A DNA stretch of 36,221 nt from Octopus bimaculoides (lineage: Eukaryota), in the NCBI RefSeq assembly GCF_001194135.2, contig NC_068985.1, positions 26,498,016 through 26,534,236 of the forward strand. Direction: 5' to 3'. A program made the position numbers and the translations under genes. Position 1 is the stretch's first letter; the number at the start of each line of letters is the position of its first letter. The notes beneath the pieces are model-generated. The model was given only the letters and a program-made list of their open reading frames with translations, did not search any database and was not told the origin of the DNA. Of the stretch, positions 33,903 through 36,221 are shown piece after piece.

Positions 33903-34118
33903 AAGGCAGCAAGCTGGCAGAATCGTTAGCATGCTGGGCAAAATGCTTAGCAGCATTTTGTCTGTCTGCTTGTTCTGAGTTCAAATTCCGCTGAGGTCGA
34001 CTCTGCCTTTCATCCTTTCGGGGTCGATAAAACAAGTACCAGTTGAACACTGGGGGTTGATGTAATCGCCTCATAACCTCCCCCCAAATTGCTGCCCTTG
34101 TGGCAAAATTTGAAATCA
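33903..34118 (+). mobile_element. Full-length tRNA-derived SINE (core family) between (TTA)n tracts
   Basis: gcaagctggcagaatcgttagc (A box) ... gagttcaaattccg (B box) ... gcctttcatcctttcggggtcgataaaacaagtaccag ... ttgaaatcatc, followed by (ATT)n to about 34156. Confidence 0.92.
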
Positions 34119-34135
34119 TCATTATTATTATTATA

Positions 34136-34177
<42 letters not shown>

Positions 34178-36188
34178 ACATGAGATTAATATTTGAATTA
34201 TTTTACCGTCAGTTTAACAGCATTAATCAGTTAAACAAGTATCTATTAATTATCTCTTTGTTTTAGATCTTTTATTGGTTTCAACAGTGAAAGTATTTAA
34301 GACATATATTTGAATTCTGTTTATATACATACATATATATACACACACATACACTCACATACATGTACATGTGCACATGCATACACACACAGTTATCACG
34401 TATGAGCTTTCCCCATCTGGTGTAATGTCATAAATCAAAGAGAGAAAATATGGTGTTAAAATGTTTCATCATTTTATCACATGCCGTTTGATAAATTACA
34501 ATGGAAGTTGTCTCACAAATGTAGTTAGGGCATCACAACTATCTAAACGGATTATAACTACAAAGTTGTTGTTTCAAATCATACCATTTCCTATTCAATG
34601 GATTTACCTTGTACCTACACTGTTGGAAGGGTTTCAGGACAAGGCTTTTTGGGTAAAGTTTACATATGGGGGATGAACTCCATCAAAGGTAGGTCCAAAC
34701 TATTCTGTTTCATATATATAACTACTATTTCCATGATAATGAAAATAACATGAATATAAGTAAGATGTAGGTTGAGATTCAATGAGAAGTCATGTATTTA
34801 ATACTAATCTCTACTGAGCATTGTTATAAATGAAGTGTGAGTAGTGTGTTTTAAAACAATGTGTAAACTCTTTCTGGGTTACACAAAAAAATGAAATTTA
34901 GATTGTAAAATTTTTATTAAGTATTTGTTCTGTAACTTTTAATGTATGGACTGTGTATTTCTTAGTTTGTGGTGTCTTTGTCTAATGCTATACCATGATT
35001 GTTCTAGTTGTGATTGTATTTCATAACTAAAACCATATATGGTCTGTGGATAGGATTTTGTTTAAAAATTCAGTTGAAATTATATTGGAATACTATATTG
35101 TTGGTGTGATGTTGTCAGTCAATTTGAAAATATGCATTTTGTTCGAAATACTGTTGTGAAAGCAAAACAGAAGTGACATTATCTGGCTGTCAGACTGCAC
35201 TCAACATAATCAGTCACTCAGCTATTGGATGAGGGAGTGTGCCAGAAAAGTAGCATGACTAGAATACTGGAAATGTGGCTTCATGAGCCGAACTCACTGG
35301 GATTGTTGGGCAACAAAAATAACAAAATCATTGGTCTGAATTGATATCATCACATCCTCAAAATGCCTCTCTTATAATGAGGGACAATTTATTTAATTTA
35401 TGAGACCACAAGTAATGTTCATGATATACAGAATACATAAATTGGGCATTAAAATTCTACCAAGAATCTGACTGCCATCGATGTTTCATGCATGTTAATA
35501 ATTGACTGTTGACCAAAACATCGTCTCTGCTTAATAAGGCAAGTCTTTTCTGCTAACTTTCTCACTTGCTTTATATACTGTTATATGCTAATACATGTGT
35601 GCATTTATATGTATGCTGTATGCATGAATGTATGTTTGTATACATGTATCTCTCTCTCTCTCTGTAAAAGAGTCGGTGCTTATGTACATGTTTGGTTGAC
35701 TATAAATGTTTTGTATATGGTTTTCATTCTTGTTTAACATGTTTTTCCATGACAGCATGGCTTGAATAATTCTTCAAAAATTTAAAATGTCTATCTTTTT
35801 AGTTGGAACAAGTGCCCACTTTTAATGATTGGATACTTTTCCAATTGCTAACCACTTAACAACAATGTGATAGTGGAACCTGGTATCAGTTAGATAGACT
35901 GAGCCAAAAAAAAAAAAAAAAATATATATAATTCTCAGGAACACAGTACAAAGGCTGTAATAAGATTTTAAAACATATTGACCAAATAGTAAATAGCCCA
36001 TTGTGTCTCTCTCACACACACATGCTTTTTATTGAAGCTGCAAAATTATCACAGAATTGTTATTCAGAGTTTCATGTTCCTGTTTGTCAGACAGTTGTGA
36101 AACTCTGAGTAACAGTTCTGTGATAATTTTGCAGCTTTAATAAAAAGTATATTACTCTACTTTTGGTATTCGAGTACTATTTTTTTCC

Positions 36189-36191
<3 letters not shown>

Positions 36192-36221
<30 letters not shown>
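36192..36221. repeat. (TA)n microsatellite running off the window end
   Basis: Direct observation. Confidence 0.95.

Noticed and set aside
1-36221. Most six-frame ORFs as protein-coding genes
   Set aside because: They are short, derive from microsatellites (poly-Y, poly-I, THTH), SINE sequence or TE debris, and show no family motifs. Only parts of 30689-30883 and 32257-32457 overlap real exons.

Overview
AT-rich, repeat-dense eukaryotic genomic DNA, most likely from an octopod cephalopod (Octopus-like). That assignment is an inference from the SINE families and microsatellite load, not from a database hit. The only host gene I can support is the 3' half of a + strand CRTAP-like gene (non-catalytic leprecan/P3H family). 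It has four GT-AG exons (26123-26294, 29010-29135, 30705-30838, 32263-32457) that splice in frame into 208 aa plus stop, with a likely poly(A) signal at 32745. I could not find its 5' exons in the window. The rest is mostly decayed mobile DNA: two mariner relics, a near full-length pogo/Tigger-type transposase relic, CR1-, RTE- and R4/Dong-type LINE fragments, hAT-type and foldback MITEs, many tRNA-derived SINEs, and micro/minisatellites. Almost all ORFs in the supplied track are spurious or transposon debris. I found no CRISPR array, operon or clearly new protein system. The best leads are RNA-level: a minimal Penelope-type hammerhead ribozyme motif (10241-10274, - strand), an 81-bp-arm perfect-style hairpin (17238-17425), a head-to-tail SINE array in a CRTAP intron, inverted SINE pairs around CRTAP exons, and possible alternative CRTAP C-termini.
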